Source: a virus
Taxonomy: Duplodnaviria; Caudoviricetes
Reading direction: 5' to 3' (one strand)
DNA: 64,000 bases
IMG/VR virus record: IMGVR_UViG_3300046694_000619
How positions within the stretch are numbered: the stretch's first letter is position 1; the number at the start of each line of letters is the position of its first letter. This document shows positions 37,591-47,486 of this stretch, piece by piece. The position numbers were made by a program, and so were the translations under genes. The notes below the pieces were generated by a model. It was not told the DNA's origin. It searched no databases and saw only the letters and a list, made by a program, of their open reading frames with translations.

Positions 37591-38733
37591 ATGCTGACGT
37601 CCACCGGCTATAAGAGCGCGGCTGAGCTTGCTCCGCTGGAAGCCAAAATCAACAAGATGGCGTCGCTCGCCAGCAAGCTTGCCGAGGTCGGTGACAACAT
37701 CCAGGACTTCCCGGCGCGCAATGCTGCTCGAACCTGGAACGCGCAACTCGCGCATCTCATCACCGGCTACCTCGAGTCCGGCCGGGATGACGCGCTCAAC
37801 AGTGCGCTCGCCAATCTGGTTTCGCCGACGATGGAGCCGACCGAAGGCTGGACCACGCTTCGGGACTACATCCGTACGTACGCCAGTTGGGAGCTGGTCG
37901 ACGACGCCGGCACAGATGTTCCGCACGAATATTATCTGTGCAGCATTCCCGTCATGCTGGGGCCGCACGCGCCGCAGGTGAATGGTGACAAGCTCGCCGC
38001 GCTGGAAAGCGTCTTGCGGCAATCGGGTCTGGTTGGCGTGGGTGCCGAGGTGACGCTCGTCCCGTGCGGCCTGGTGCCTGCGGAACTGGTCACCACGCTG
38101 TCGTTTTCGCAGGTCAAGCAGCTTACGCAGCTGCTGGCTCACTGCAAACGAACGGGGAAATGGCGGCTCGCGAGCGATTTCCTTGCGTCCCGGCTAGGCC
38201 AAATCGACCGGTCAGTCGCGCCCACCAATCTGCACTCGATGCTGCTGCTCTATCGGACCGAGGACCGCTCTCAGCCCTTTGCCTATGGCAGCATGAGCGC
38301 GGAGGTCGTGGAGACCGGCCACGGGTCCGCTGAGGCCATCTACGAGTCACTCTGTACGGACTGGCGCCGTAACGCGGAAGCTCATCTCGCTGACGCATTC
38401 AGTCTCCCACTCGAGCAAATCTATGTCGGCGACCCGCAGCCTTATTTCCAAGGTCAGGAGGAACTCGACGAAGAGCTGCGCAAGCGCCAGTTCCTGATGC
38501 GCACAGGCGGTGTATTGGGCGACCAGGACGAGACGTACGAAGCCGTGCGCGCCGGCATCTTGCCCATGGCGTTTTGCCGGGGGTTCTCGGTTGTCTACGA
38601 GCGAGAAGGCGCGCGCGCGGGCAGTGTCGACTTCCTCAGCTTTCCGGCGGAGTCGACGGAGGATGTTCTCGAGATGCTCGTCGAGGCGCTAGCAACCCTG
38701 AACATCGAGCCGAAGCGCGTCGCCCAGGCTTGA
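37591..38733 (+). CDS. Hypothetical protein
   Basis: 380-aa ORF with typical codon bias. Confidence 0.7.
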   Translation: MLTSTGYKSAAELAPLEAKINKMASLASKLAEVGDNIQDFPARNAARTWNAQLAHLITGYLESGRDDALNSALANLVSPTMEPTEGWTTLRDYIRTYASWELVDDAGTDVPHEYYLCSIPVMLGPHAPQVNGDKLAALESVLRQSGLVGVGAEVTLVPCGLVPAELVTTLSFSQVKQLTQLLAHCKRTGKWRLASDFLASRLGQIDRSVAPTNLHSMLLLYRTEDRSQPFAYGSMSAEVVETGHGSAEAIYESLCTDWRRNAEAHLADAFSLPLEQIYVGDPQPYFQGQEELDEELRKRQFLMRTGGVLGDQDETYEAVRAGILPMAFCRGFSVVYEREGARAGSVDFLSFPAESTEDVLEMLVEALATLNIEPKRVAQA

Positions 38734-38794
38734 GCGGCCGGGTCGGTTCTATACAGCCGTGCCCGCCGCGTCACGACGCACTCGGGCAGCTGAC

Positions 38795-41506
38795 CTAGCC
38801 GGCCCGGCTACCCGGTTTCGGGGCTTGCGTGAGCCCCGACAGGTCCTCAAGCAGCCTCCTCGCCTGGTCGTATCCCGGGATGTCCTCGCGAAGCGTATCA
38901 ACCAGTTCGCCGAGATGCTCCGAAACCTGGCCGCGTATGACGGCTTCTGATGGATTACCGACCGGACGGAGTCGCAAGAACGGGATGCCCGCCGTAGCAA
39001 ACAACCGGTCCTTGCGTTCATCCTTGGCCAGTTGCTTTTCCGTGTCATGCCAGACGCTATCGACTTCGATGGCCAGCATCGGCAGATATGTTGTGGTGGA
39101 GACGACCACAATGTCGACACTCGCCCTAAGGTAGTAGCCAAAGTCCTCGTCCTCGACCAACTCCTTCATGCGGTCAAAGCTCATGATGCTCTGCAACGCG
39201 CAGTTTGGAAACACCATGTGATTGGGGCACAGCTGCACCAGAATCTGGTAGATGCTGAACTCGCGCTGGCTGTTGAAGACTTGCTTGACCGCATTGGTGC
39301 CCGTTCCGCGCACGATGCGGCCGATTACTGCGTGCTGCGACTCGCGCTCGAGAAGCGGCGCGATATGCGGATTGATTTTCCAGCTGTCTTTCGACTCCAG
39401 GACCATCCCTTCTTCCACGAGCTTGTTGTAGTGCCGCTCGGCCCAAACCGCATCCATGCCGGCATAGCGGCCCAGTTCATCGAAGCCGTGATAGCCCTGA
39501 ATCTGGTGGAGCACCGACAGGACCTTTCGTGCGGGCGCCGTCAGGGACGGCCATCGATTGACGGCCGTACGCTCAAACTGGTCCTTGCTTCTCAGCGGCT
39601 TCAGCGGCTTCAGCCGCTTCTCCGCTTCGCGCAGGAGGCCGTTGACGGTATCGGCATGGACCCCCGTTTTGGCGAAATCCCGAAGACGCTCAATGAGCTC
39701 TTCGGCCACGAGCAGGTCGGTGGCCTTCGCACAGAGCAGTTTCACGTTCGACGTGAGGCTTTCACCCGGCGTCTTCCGGAGTCTCAGGGACTCGAGGTAG
39801 GCGACCAGCGCCGCCGCCGGGGACCCGGCGACCTGCTCCAGGTAACCAAGCAGGAACAGGCCGTCCGCTGTAGCCAGGTCGGCTGCAAACTTGCGGGCCA
39901 GAACCAGCGACTTCTCAAGCGATTCGCGCTTTGACCCATCCAGCATCTGGAAGATGCCGGCGGCCGCGCTTCGCCAGAGCTTCGCCGTTGCATCATCAAG
40001 CAAGCTTCGCTTCGTGGAAAAGTCCTCCAATAAGTCCAGAACCTGCTCGGTATCATCTGGGTTCAACTTTTCGTCCGGGATGTGATTCAGGTGGCCCCGT
40101 AATAGGCTTGCCGAGTCGGCGGCCCGGATAAGCGCACCCACTGCCAAAACAACGAATTCGAACGGATGCTCAACGGTATCCGCGACCATCCATTGGAACT
40201 GGATGTTTTGCTTGCACAGCCAGACGAACTCCTTCGACTCAAGATTCGATGAACTTTCCAGGCTACCGTAGGCGGAAGCAACGTCATACAGGGTGTAGAA
40301 CGCCAGCAGTTCTTCCCGTCTCGGATAGCCGGCCGGCGCCCTCTCAGCCAGGCGTAATATCAGTCCCGGTGCTTCAGGGCACTGGATGTCGCTGTACCCG
40401 AACGGAAGGGCCTTCGACCCATCCGGGCTGGCGACAACCATGCAGTTGCCCATACTATGTTCGCCACTATCCACGTAGCGGGTCAGGCAGGTCATCGCCT
40501 GGACGAAGTGTGTGTCAATGGCCGGGCCATCCGAGTTGATGCTTCGAAGAAAATGAGCCAGTCCATCGCACAGGTCGCTACCGAAGCCGTCCGGGTACCG
40601 GGAGGCCAGGGCTTTGAACTCGCTTCCCGGCGTCATGCTGAGCTCCCACAGGAAGCCCCAGCCCCTTGGCGTAAGCGAGGCCCAGGGGCCGTCCATATCG
40701 CCTGTTTTCTCCCGGTCACTGGGTGATGGCGAGGGCACGTCGGCGAGGCTACGACGGATGGTGTCCAAATCCCATGGCTCGGCCGTCATCAGGTCCAGCT
40801 CGATGCGAAAGAGCTGCAGCCGAAGCCGGTCATCCGGCTCCAGATTCGGAATGTCACAGGCTCGCGCGTAGGCCTGCTTGAGAGCCAGGTCAATGTCCGG
40901 GAGTTTTGCAATCTGCGCCCGAAGCGCGTCGGTCAGCTCATCATCCTCATCATCATCCGCCGCCCAGGCGTCAGGGTTCATCAGTCGAAGGCCAAAGCTG
41001 CGGAGACGCTCGACCCAATTGAAGTCCAACGGCTGGCGACAAGCGCGGTCCATGACTTCGAAGCCTTGAAGCGCGTCAGCCACGGTATATCCGAAAGACC
41101 GGTAGTAGAGGGCAAACTCGGGCATTTGATGGAAATCGTCCATCAATCCGTCGAGCTCACGCATCGCATCCTGCAACGGCTGCCGGTCCGCCTTGTCAAC
41201 GCTATGCCAGGCGTCCAGCTCACCTTTTGCCAGTGCCCACACCTTCGTACGCAGCAATTGAACGCGGGCGTCGTAGCGCTCGTCCGGTGCGAAATGCGTG
41301 AGGGGCGTTGCGGCCAGTTCCAGGAGCTTTTCCAATAATCCCGTGGACGCGTATTCGCTGGCCTGCTTTCGCACCTCGTCCAGCGACACTAAAGGACCCC
41401 CGGGAGCCAGTTCAGACTCCGGAGCGGCGGCACTGGACGGCGGCAGCTCTGACAGTTTGTAAACTACGACCGGCCCGTTCTTTCTGTTCTTCCTTTTTCG
41501 GCTCAC
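38795..41506 (-). CDS. Large protein with C-terminal DUF2726-like (restriction-endonuclease-fold) domain
   Basis: VFNSQRE...VFPN...VDIVV...LAIEVDSVWHD...KDERKD...AGIPFLRL; GTG start with GAGGA RBS assumed. Confidence 0.7.
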   Translation of the reverse strand: MSRKRKNRKNGPVVVYKLSELPPSSAAAPESELAPGGPLVSLDEVRKQASEYASTGLLEKLLELAATPLTHFAPDERYDARVQLLRTKVWALAKGELDAWHSVDKADRQPLQDAMRELDGLMDDFHQMPEFALYYRSFGYTVADALQGFEVMDRACRQPLDFNWVERLRSFGLRLMNPDAWAADDDEDDELTDALRAQIAKLPDIDLALKQAYARACDIPNLEPDDRLRLQLFRIELDLMTAEPWDLDTIRRSLADVPSPSPSDREKTGDMDGPWASLTPRGWGFLWELSMTPGSEFKALASRYPDGFGSDLCDGLAHFLRSINSDGPAIDTHFVQAMTCLTRYVDSGEHSMGNCMVVASPDGSKALPFGYSDIQCPEAPGLILRLAERAPAGYPRREELLAFYTLYDVASAYGSLESSSNLESKEFVWLCKQNIQFQWMVADTVEHPFEFVVLAVGALIRAADSASLLRGHLNHIPDEKLNPDDTEQVLDLLEDFSTKRSLLDDATAKLWRSAAAGIFQMLDGSKRESLEKSLVLARKFAADLATADGLFLLGYLEQVAGSPAAALVAYLESLRLRKTPGESLTSNVKLLCAKATDLLVAEELIERLRDFAKTGVHADTVNGLLREAEKRLKPLKPLRSKDQFERTAVNRWPSLTAPARKVLSVLHQIQGYHGFDELGRYAGMDAVWAERHYNKLVEEGMVLESKDSWKINPHIAPLLERESQHAVIGRIVRGTGTNAVKQVFNSQREFSIYQILVQLCPNHMVFPNCALQSIMSFDRMKELVEDEDFGYYLRASVDIVVVSTTTYLPMLAIEVDSVWHDTEKQLAKDERKDRLFATAGIPFLRLRPVGNPSEAVIRGQVSEHLGELVDTLREDIPGYDQARRLLEDLSGLTQAPKPGSRAG

Positions 41507-41634
41507 CGGAATCCTCGATGTGTTGTCGCGGTGCTGCAGCACCAGTTGTGGTTGGCATTCTACCCGCGACATGGCCGGTGCGGCTTGCCGGGCAGGTGCC
41601 CTATACCTCCTTAGGCAAACACGGAGGAGTAGGT

Positions 41635-41832
41635 ATGGAAGCGATTGTCGAGGTTGACCCCGCGAGCCCCTGCAAACGGCAGTGCCAGCTGACCGAGTGC
41701 AGGACGTGCATGGGCTGCGGCCGCACGGTCGATGAGATTTCAGGCTGGCGCGCAATGACGGTCGAACAGAAGCAGAAGACTGTCGATGCGGCCGCCGTTC
41801 GACTGGATGTGATGGGAATGATGGCGTTTTGA
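41635..41832 (+). CDS. DUF1289-like small Cys protein
   Basis: SPC...C.....CMGCGRTVDEI..W. Confidence 0.8.
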   Translation: MEAIVEVDPASPCKRQCQLTECRTCMGCGRTVDEISGWRAMTVEQKQKTVDAAAVRLDVMGMMAF

Positions 41833-42210
41833 CTCAGGAGCTCAGCGATGCTGGGCTCTTTTTCTTGGATGTGGCGGCGAGCTATACCGGGATGTACCAA
41901 CCCATCCAAGGAAAAATCTCATGTCACATGCCGCCATCCCGGCCGCCGTCGAGTGGCCACGTCTTGCCTTCGCTCCCATCAACCTGTGGAGTTTTCCCGC
42001 AGCCTGGAAGCGTGAATCAACGGATTTCCGCGCCGCCCCGGTGCAGGTGACCCAGGTCAGCAATGCCCAGCATCAGGTCAACCCGCATATCCGGCGGCTC
42101 CTGGCTCACCGGTAACTCCCCGAACGCCTCTCGATTTTATGAGAGGCGTTGTCTTTTGGTGCGTTTGGCACAACACAGCCGAGCAAACATGCACTTTTTC
42201 ACTCGCACTA

Positions 42211-42239
42211 TTGAGTATGACAGCATTTGGTGTTATACT
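42211..42239 (+). promoter_or_regulatory. Sigma70-like promoter
   Basis: TTGAGT-N17-TATACT with TG extension, 20 nt before tRNA-Val. Confidence 0.6.
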
Positions 42240-42259
42240 GTCATTTCAGTAGTTAATTC

Positions 42260-42335
42260 GGGTCCTTAGCTCAGTTGGTAGAGCGGTTGCCTTACAAGCA
42301 ATAGGTCGGCGGTTCGACCCCGTCAGGACCCACCA
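42260..42335 (+). tRNA. tRNA-Val(TAC)
   Basis: CT-TAC-AA, CCA. Confidence 0.92.
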
Positions 42336-42339
42336 CCTG

Positions 42340-42490
42340 AATCATGAGTTCTGCTGTCTGACGATGAAAGCGAGGCGGTGGCGCCGCTTGCCTCAGTAGT
42401 CGGCAGAAGTAACGCCAAGTTGACCGGACAGGGTTTCGCGACCAGACGCCGGCAAGCAACGGAGCTTCGTGGACGGCAGAACTCATGATT
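42340..42490 (+). ncRNA. Unknown structured RNA closed by a 19-bp stem
   Basis: aatcatgagttctgctgtc / gacggcagaactcatgatt. Confidence 0.55.
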
Positions 42491-42737
42491 TAAAGGTTTT
42501 TTCGCGAAAAGAAAGGGGATTCCGGTGGTCCTACCGCGGTGGGGACTGTAAAAGCCGGGACGCGTCCGGGGTAAAACTCCATACGCCGCAACAGTTTTGT
42601 TTTTGGAGCTCGGTTTTGCCAAAAGACCGCAGTTACTCTGACGATGCGCTGAAAGGTGCTATAGAAAAGGCTGTGTCTTGGACTCAAGTTTCAACGCTTT
42701 TGGGTCGCTTGTCGGATTTTCAGAAGTTGTAGTTCAT

Positions 42738-42856
42738 GGTCATCTAGCTTAATGGCAGAGCGCCGCAGTAGGGCTGCACCCCGTTCGATTCGGGTGAGAG
42801 AATGGTTCGCGTAAGTCCGCATGCGGAGGAGTGGTTCGAAACCAAAATGACCTCCA
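42738..42856 (+). ncRNA. tRNA-like RNA with ~54-nt insert in place of the anticodon loop
   Basis: D arm GCTT-AATGGCA-GAGC, CCGCA/TGCGG stem, TTCGAAA T loop, TCCA. Confidence 0.65.
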
Positions 42857-42881
42857 GGTTTTATGCGGTACAGCAGTATTC

Positions 42882-42957
42882 GGGGGCTTAGCTCAGTTGG
42901 GAGAGCATCTGCTTTGCAAGCAGAGGGTCATCGGTTCGAACCCGATAGCCTCCACCA
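42882..42957 (+). tRNA. tRNA-Ala(TGC)
   Basis: G3:U70, TT-TGC-AA. Confidence 0.92.
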
Positions 42958-42962
42958 GCTTT

Positions 42963-43171
42963 ATCAATTCTGGAAATCGGTAGGAGCAGAGCCTTGTGGA
43001 TGGGCGGCCGGCCGACTGACGGGCACGAACGCGCGAGCGAGGCGCGTCACGGTCCAGACGAGCGGGCAATGCCTTCTCGTCGCATGCGTGCAGTGCGGGC
43101 GACGGTAAAACGGAGTGGCGGGTAGGTTTTCGCAACCGATGTGTCCACACCGGCCGGTTTCCAGAATTGAT
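42963..43171 (+). ncRNA. Unknown structured RNA (AGGAGCAGA class, copy 1)
   Basis: 19-bp closing stem; motifs shared with 49383-49567. Confidence 0.55.
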
Positions 43172-43430
43172 GAAGTCCTGTAGTCAGCGTCGGTGTGGAT
43201 GGACACACTAAGCACGGTGCAGAAACATTAAACCTGTTCTCCCGTAGGGGTCACCGCGACCGTCGAACTCCCAAATGCGAAAGCCTTCGGGAGTCGAGCC
43301 GGAAAGGGACAGGCTGCGAAGGTGCCGAAGGAAAACGGAGTGGGCAATGCGGACGCGCAACCCACCGCAGGCCACTGGCAGTGTGTGGCTGACCCGGAAT
43401 CAAGCCCGGGGCGCTGTCTACAGGGCTTCA
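43172..43430 (+). ncRNA. tRNA-like structured RNA (GTG-GATGGA-CAC class, long copy)
   Basis: gaagtcctgtag/ctacagggcttc closing stem, D-like and T-like hairpins. Confidence 0.55.
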
Positions 43431-43815
43431 TCAACAACGAGTAGTGCCCGCAAGGTACTACCATCTGCGCAGCGTCAGCGGGCTGAGTTTCCCGCACGAT
43501 TCATGGTGACGTTTGCAGGGGGGCGAGGTTCGATGTCCTCAAGGCGACCCGGTTCGAGTCCGGTGCCAGTGGCTGAACCTGCAATGCTGGCGATTGTCCA
43601 GCACGCTGCGCAGATGGGTGAAAAGCGAAAACGACACGGAAGCCTGGAGCCGACCGGAAACGGCGCCAGGTGGAAGGACTGGAAGTAGCTGGTTCAGGCT
43701 ATCCGAACACGGGGACTCGACGCGAGTACGCCAACTGGGTCAATGAAAACAGTACCGGACCCCCGTGATGCCGCTGGTTCAACCTCAGCCTCATCGTCCA
43801 ACATTCAATCCTGAT

Positions 43816-44082
43816 ATGACCAAGTACGTGTTGCTCTACACAGGCACGCAAGGCGCGAAGGTCCCTGCTGTAGACATCAAAGCCATCAAGGCGTTGCCCG
43901 GTATCGTCGTCTCGAAAGAGATTCCGATGAAATCCGCGTACATGATGCACGTCGAAGGCCCCGTCACGGTTAAACGCGCCGTCAACAAGATGGCTTGCTG
44001 GGTCGCATCAGAAGTGCACACGTACGAAAGCCCGGAGCCACGTCCGGGGTTTCAGGTATCGGCCGGCAAGCGCACGAAGTAA
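43816..44082 (+). CDS. Hypothetical protein
   Basis: ORF with plausible codon usage between RNA genes. Confidence 0.5.
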   Translation: MTKYVLLYTGTQGAKVPAVDIKAIKALPGIVVSKEIPMKSAYMMHVEGPVTVKRAVNKMACWVASEVHTYESPEPRPGFQVSAGKRTK

Positions 44083-44105
44083 CGCTCGGCCGCAGTATCA
44101 ACTTT

Positions 44106-44196
44106 GGAAGACGAACCCGCCAGGGGTGGGACCTGATTTGAAATCAGTGGGAGTGGCGAAAGCTGCTTGGGCTTCGAGTGCACCCGTCTTCCGCCA
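44106..44196 (+). tRNA. tRNA-Ser(TGA), (8/4)-type fold
   Basis: GGAAGACG/CGTCTTCC, TT-TGA-AA. Confidence 0.8.
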
Positions 44197-44229
44197 AACA
44201 ACATCACTCTTCCTCGACTTCCCGCGTAC

Positions 44230-45108
44230 ATGGCAAGTGCCCTTCGTTCCCTGAGCTTCAAAGTCTTCATCGCTGACCTCGTTAGCTCGGAGGATGATGG
44301 ACCAGGTCTGCCATATCGCCTCCTCGAAGCACGTCCGCTCGTCGACGGTGAGCCTCTGCTGAAGGGCTATGTCTTCGACATTGCCCCGCTTATCGGCTAT
44401 GGGCTGCGCGACGTCGACACGGACCTCTACACGTGCGGCTGCGGGGTCGCCGGTTGCGCGGGAATCCATGACCACGTCCAGCTGCGCGTTGACCGCGGCT
44501 TGATGACCTGGACGTTTCCAGAAGACCCGTTCCGCAAGGGGTTCGCAGCAGAACTTTTCCCGGCCGAGGCACCGCTCACCCTGCGCTTCGCCAAGAAACA
44601 GTACCGGCAAGCGCTCAAAAGCGTGGAAGCCGAGCTGCTCGCCCTGGCTGCCGATGGCGGCGCGCCGGTGGTGCTGGCGGCTGGTTCGGCCTATCCGGAC
44701 CTGAATACGCCGCTGAAGAAGGTGCTGAAATCGGTTCGCAAACACGCGAACCGCTGGCTTGCGAGCGTCGCGCGCGAGAAGCAACTCTTTGGCGAACTGC
44801 TCAACCAGGAGGTGCTGGTGCGCTTCCCGAACGGAGCGCTGCGCATTATTCCCGTCACCAACTTCGCCTATCACCTCGCATACGAAGAAGAGGAGCGGAC
44901 AGGCGTCGCAAGAGACGACATTCTCGCCGATACGTACCTGCCCGAATGGAAGCGGGACACGGGGAGCCTCATAGCCGCAGTGCGTGCCACCAACTGGGAC
45001 CTCATCCGCGAGGTGATGTTCCGCACGTCCCGCGGCGGCGATGACATCGAGCCAGCGCGCGAGCAGTGGGCTGCGGCCGTGTTCACGCTCGAGCAGTCAC
45101 TCTCGTAA
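44230..45108 (+). CDS. Hypothetical protein with TCGCGVAGC motif
   Basis: Long ORF, Cys cluster. Confidence 0.65.
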   Translation: MASALRSLSFKVFIADLVSSEDDGPGLPYRLLEARPLVDGEPLLKGYVFDIAPLIGYGLRDVDTDLYTCGCGVAGCAGIHDHVQLRVDRGLMTWTFPEDPFRKGFAAELFPAEAPLTLRFAKKQYRQALKSVEAELLALAADGGAPVVLAAGSAYPDLNTPLKKVLKSVRKHANRWLASVAREKQLFGELLNQEVLVRFPNGALRIIPVTNFAYHLAYEEEERTGVARDDILADTYLPEWKRDTGSLIAAVRATNWDLIREVMFRTSRGGDDIEPAREQWAAAVFTLEQSLS

Positions 45109-45129
45109 CTCACCCCCGGAGCGCACCCC

Positions 45130-45645
45130 ATGAAAGTCTGGTTCACACGACCCTCGACCTGGGACCTCTATGTACGCGGCGTCGAGCGCTGCGAACTCTG
45201 GCTGCAAAAGCCGGAGTTCGACCATTCGCCACGCGGCAAAGAGCGCGACTCCATCCTGCCGAATCTCCCGATTGGTTGGCGCGCGCTGGACCCGGAATAC
45301 GGTGACATCACCGGGCAGGTACGCGTCACCGTTGGTGAGGCTATCCCGACAGGGCAACACGACGCAGTCTTGCATGCGCTCTGGGACGCCTTGTGTCGTT
45401 CCGTCGATGGCCGCGGCGCTCTTGAGGGCGCGCCGGCGCCACAGCGCTGGGAGCAGGGCCTGGATGATGGCTCGTTCAGCGAGGCGGATGAGCGGACTCT
45501 CGCGAGCTTCCTCTTCGAATCTGACGTGTCGCCGGAGTTATGGTTCAAGGCTGCGTTGCTCAATGGTCTCGAATACCAGACCGCGGCGGGACGCTGGGCT
45601 CAGAAATTCTTCCCGCTCGACGATGAACTGGGCGTCACTTCCTGA
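45130..45645 (+). CDS. Hypothetical protein
   Basis: GGAG RBS, operon arrangement. Confidence 0.6.
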   Translation: MKVWFTRPSTWDLYVRGVERCELWLQKPEFDHSPRGKERDSILPNLPIGWRALDPEYGDITGQVRVTVGEAIPTGQHDAVLHALWDALCRSVDGRGALEGAPAPQRWEQGLDDGSFSEADERTLASFLFESDVSPELWFKAALLNGLEYQTAAGRWAQKFFPLDDELGVTS

Positions 45646-45661
45646 AAGAGAACAATACAAA

Positions 45662-46207
45662 ATGACCTGGACTGGCATCGCCACTGACCTGACGCTTCAC
45701 GACGTGATTGGAGCCGCCGACACTGGCTCGCACCTGCCGCCACCCGCGGCTTCTGCCATCGCGGCTGCCAATCCGAAGCCCAGTAGCTTCCGCCTCTTCC
45801 TCCGACGCAATCGCGAACGACTGTTTCTCACCGCCGCCGCGCTGTTCGGCCTGGTGGCCGTCCAGTCGTATTACTGGATTACGGACGCAGTAAAGGAGTA
45901 CCGGTTCGAGCGGGAAAGAGCGGCACAGGACATCGTCGACCAGCAGGCAATCAAGGCCGCGGAGGCTCGCGAGAAAGCGAAGTCGGCCACAGGGGGCCCG
46001 GCAGCACCGTCAAGTATGGCGGCGCCGGCGCCGACCGGCCCGCAGGAGGTACCCATCACTCCGCAGGTCGCGCAGACGAAAAAAGCGGTGCCGCACAATC
46101 ATGCGGCGGTGACACCGTCGGCATCGGTGACTGGCGGCGACACGCCGGTTGAAAGTGGCTCAGCGATGAGCCTGGAACATTTCCGGGAACTATCGGGGAA
46201 GCTTTGA
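45662..46207 (+). CDS. Hypothetical membrane-anchored protein
   Basis: Single TM segment, Pro/Ala-rich tail. Confidence 0.6.
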   Translation: MTWTGIATDLTLHDVIGAADTGSHLPPPAASAIAAANPKPSSFRLFLRRNRERLFLTAAALFGLVAVQSYYWITDAVKEYRFERERAAQDIVDQQAIKAAEAREKAKSATGGPAAPSSMAAPAPTGPQEVPITPQVAQTKKAVPHNHAAVTPSASVTGGDTPVESGSAMSLEHFRELSGKL

Positions 46208-46208
46208 A

Positions 46209-46784
46209 ATGAAAATGAAACCAATATTTGTCGGCGCGGTGCTTGCGCTCAGCGCATTCGTAGCAAACGCTGCAGAGCTCACACTATTCGGCGAGACCGT
46301 CAGTACGGTGCACCGGGATGAAATGAGGACCGCGGCCAAGACCAATGGCGCGCGGCTCATCAAGTCAAGCGGGACCTCGGATGTATTCGACGCCTCACGA
46401 ATGGGACTGCCGGGCGCTCAGACACTGGAAATAGTCTACCTCGACGGACAGCTGGTAATGGCGCAGTACGCGCTCGAGAAGGACAGCCCCACCGACGAAA
46501 AGCTTCGCAAGATGCTGGTCTCCAAGTATGCCTACCCGACGGGCGGCACTCCGGACCCCTGGGCTAAGACTCCGCGAAAGTTCGACGACGAATATGTCGG
46601 TGAGGGCAAATATCGCTGGAAGTTCGATAACGACATGGAGCTGGTCTACACGAAAGAGTTCTTCGGCGAGCGGTTTCTGACGTACGCGAACAAGACCGCG
46701 CAAGCGAAGATGCAGCGATTGCTCGATTCAGCCGACAAGAGCGGCGTGTCGCAAGCGGCGAAAGCCAAGAGCAACCTCTTTTAA
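46209..46784 (+). CDS. Secreted hypothetical protein
   Basis: Signal peptide. Confidence 0.65.
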   Translation: MKMKPIFVGAVLALSAFVANAAELTLFGETVSTVHRDEMRTAAKTNGARLIKSSGTSDVFDASRMGLPGAQTLEIVYLDGQLVMAQYALEKDSPTDEKLRKMLVSKYAYPTGGTPDPWAKTPRKFDDEYVGEGKYRWKFDNDMELVYTKEFFGERFLTYANKTAQAKMQRLLDSADKSGVSQAAKAKSNLF

Positions 46785-46794
46785 GGAGCGCCCG

Positions 46795-47409
46795 ATGTCA
46801 GAACTGCAATGGCATGACCAGGCCGTCATCAATGGCATCCAGGTGAAGGCGTTCTTCTTCGACGGCAACGCAGCCAAGGCCGAAACCGACCTGGTACGGC
46901 GCGCCGTGCCGATGCTGGCCAACGCGCCCGTCAAGCCCGCGGTGCTCGCCACCGAGCAGGACCGCAAGAATTTCTACCACGACATACTTGTCGCCCAGCC
47001 CGACGCTGTGTTCGCGCACGGGCAGGGCCTAGTCTGTGTCGAATATAAGTTTGTTGGATTTAAGGACCACTCGCGTCAGAACTGGCGCAACGAAATCCGG
47101 CTTGGCGACATGCTGCAGAACATCGTGGCGAGCTTCGTGGTGGCGCAGTCACAACGCAAGGTCACCGCCTGCATTCTGCGGTATCACAACGTGGCGTATC
47201 TGCTCACGCCGGGCGAGGCGGTCATCAATATGGTGGTCGGCCTGGCACCGATGGCGATGGCGTACTACGCTGAAACCCGGCGAGTCGCCGCCAAGCAGCT
47301 CGCGAAGTTCGCCTTGGAGCGCGTGCAGAGCGCATTCCCGCGGGCCGAGACGGAACGTGCAGCAGAAGGGCGGGTCGCTCACGACACCTTGCTTCGCCGG
47401 GATAGTTAA
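46795..47409 (+). CDS. Hypothetical PD-(D/E)xK-like protein
   Basis: AQPDAVF...CVEYK. Confidence 0.55.
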   Translation: MSELQWHDQAVINGIQVKAFFFDGNAAKAETDLVRRAVPMLANAPVKPAVLATEQDRKNFYHDILVAQPDAVFAHGQGLVCVEYKFVGFKDHSRQNWRNEIRLGDMLQNIVASFVVAQSQRKVTACILRYHNVAYLLTPGEAVINMVVGLAPMAMAYYAETRRVAAKQLAKFALERVQSAFPRAETERAAEGRVAHDTLLRRDS

Positions 47410-47486
47410 CAAACCAGAAAGTGTTGTAAAAGGCCGACGCTTTCAACCTCGAGGCAGTTAACTTTAAAAAAGTTTGCGTCGAGGCG

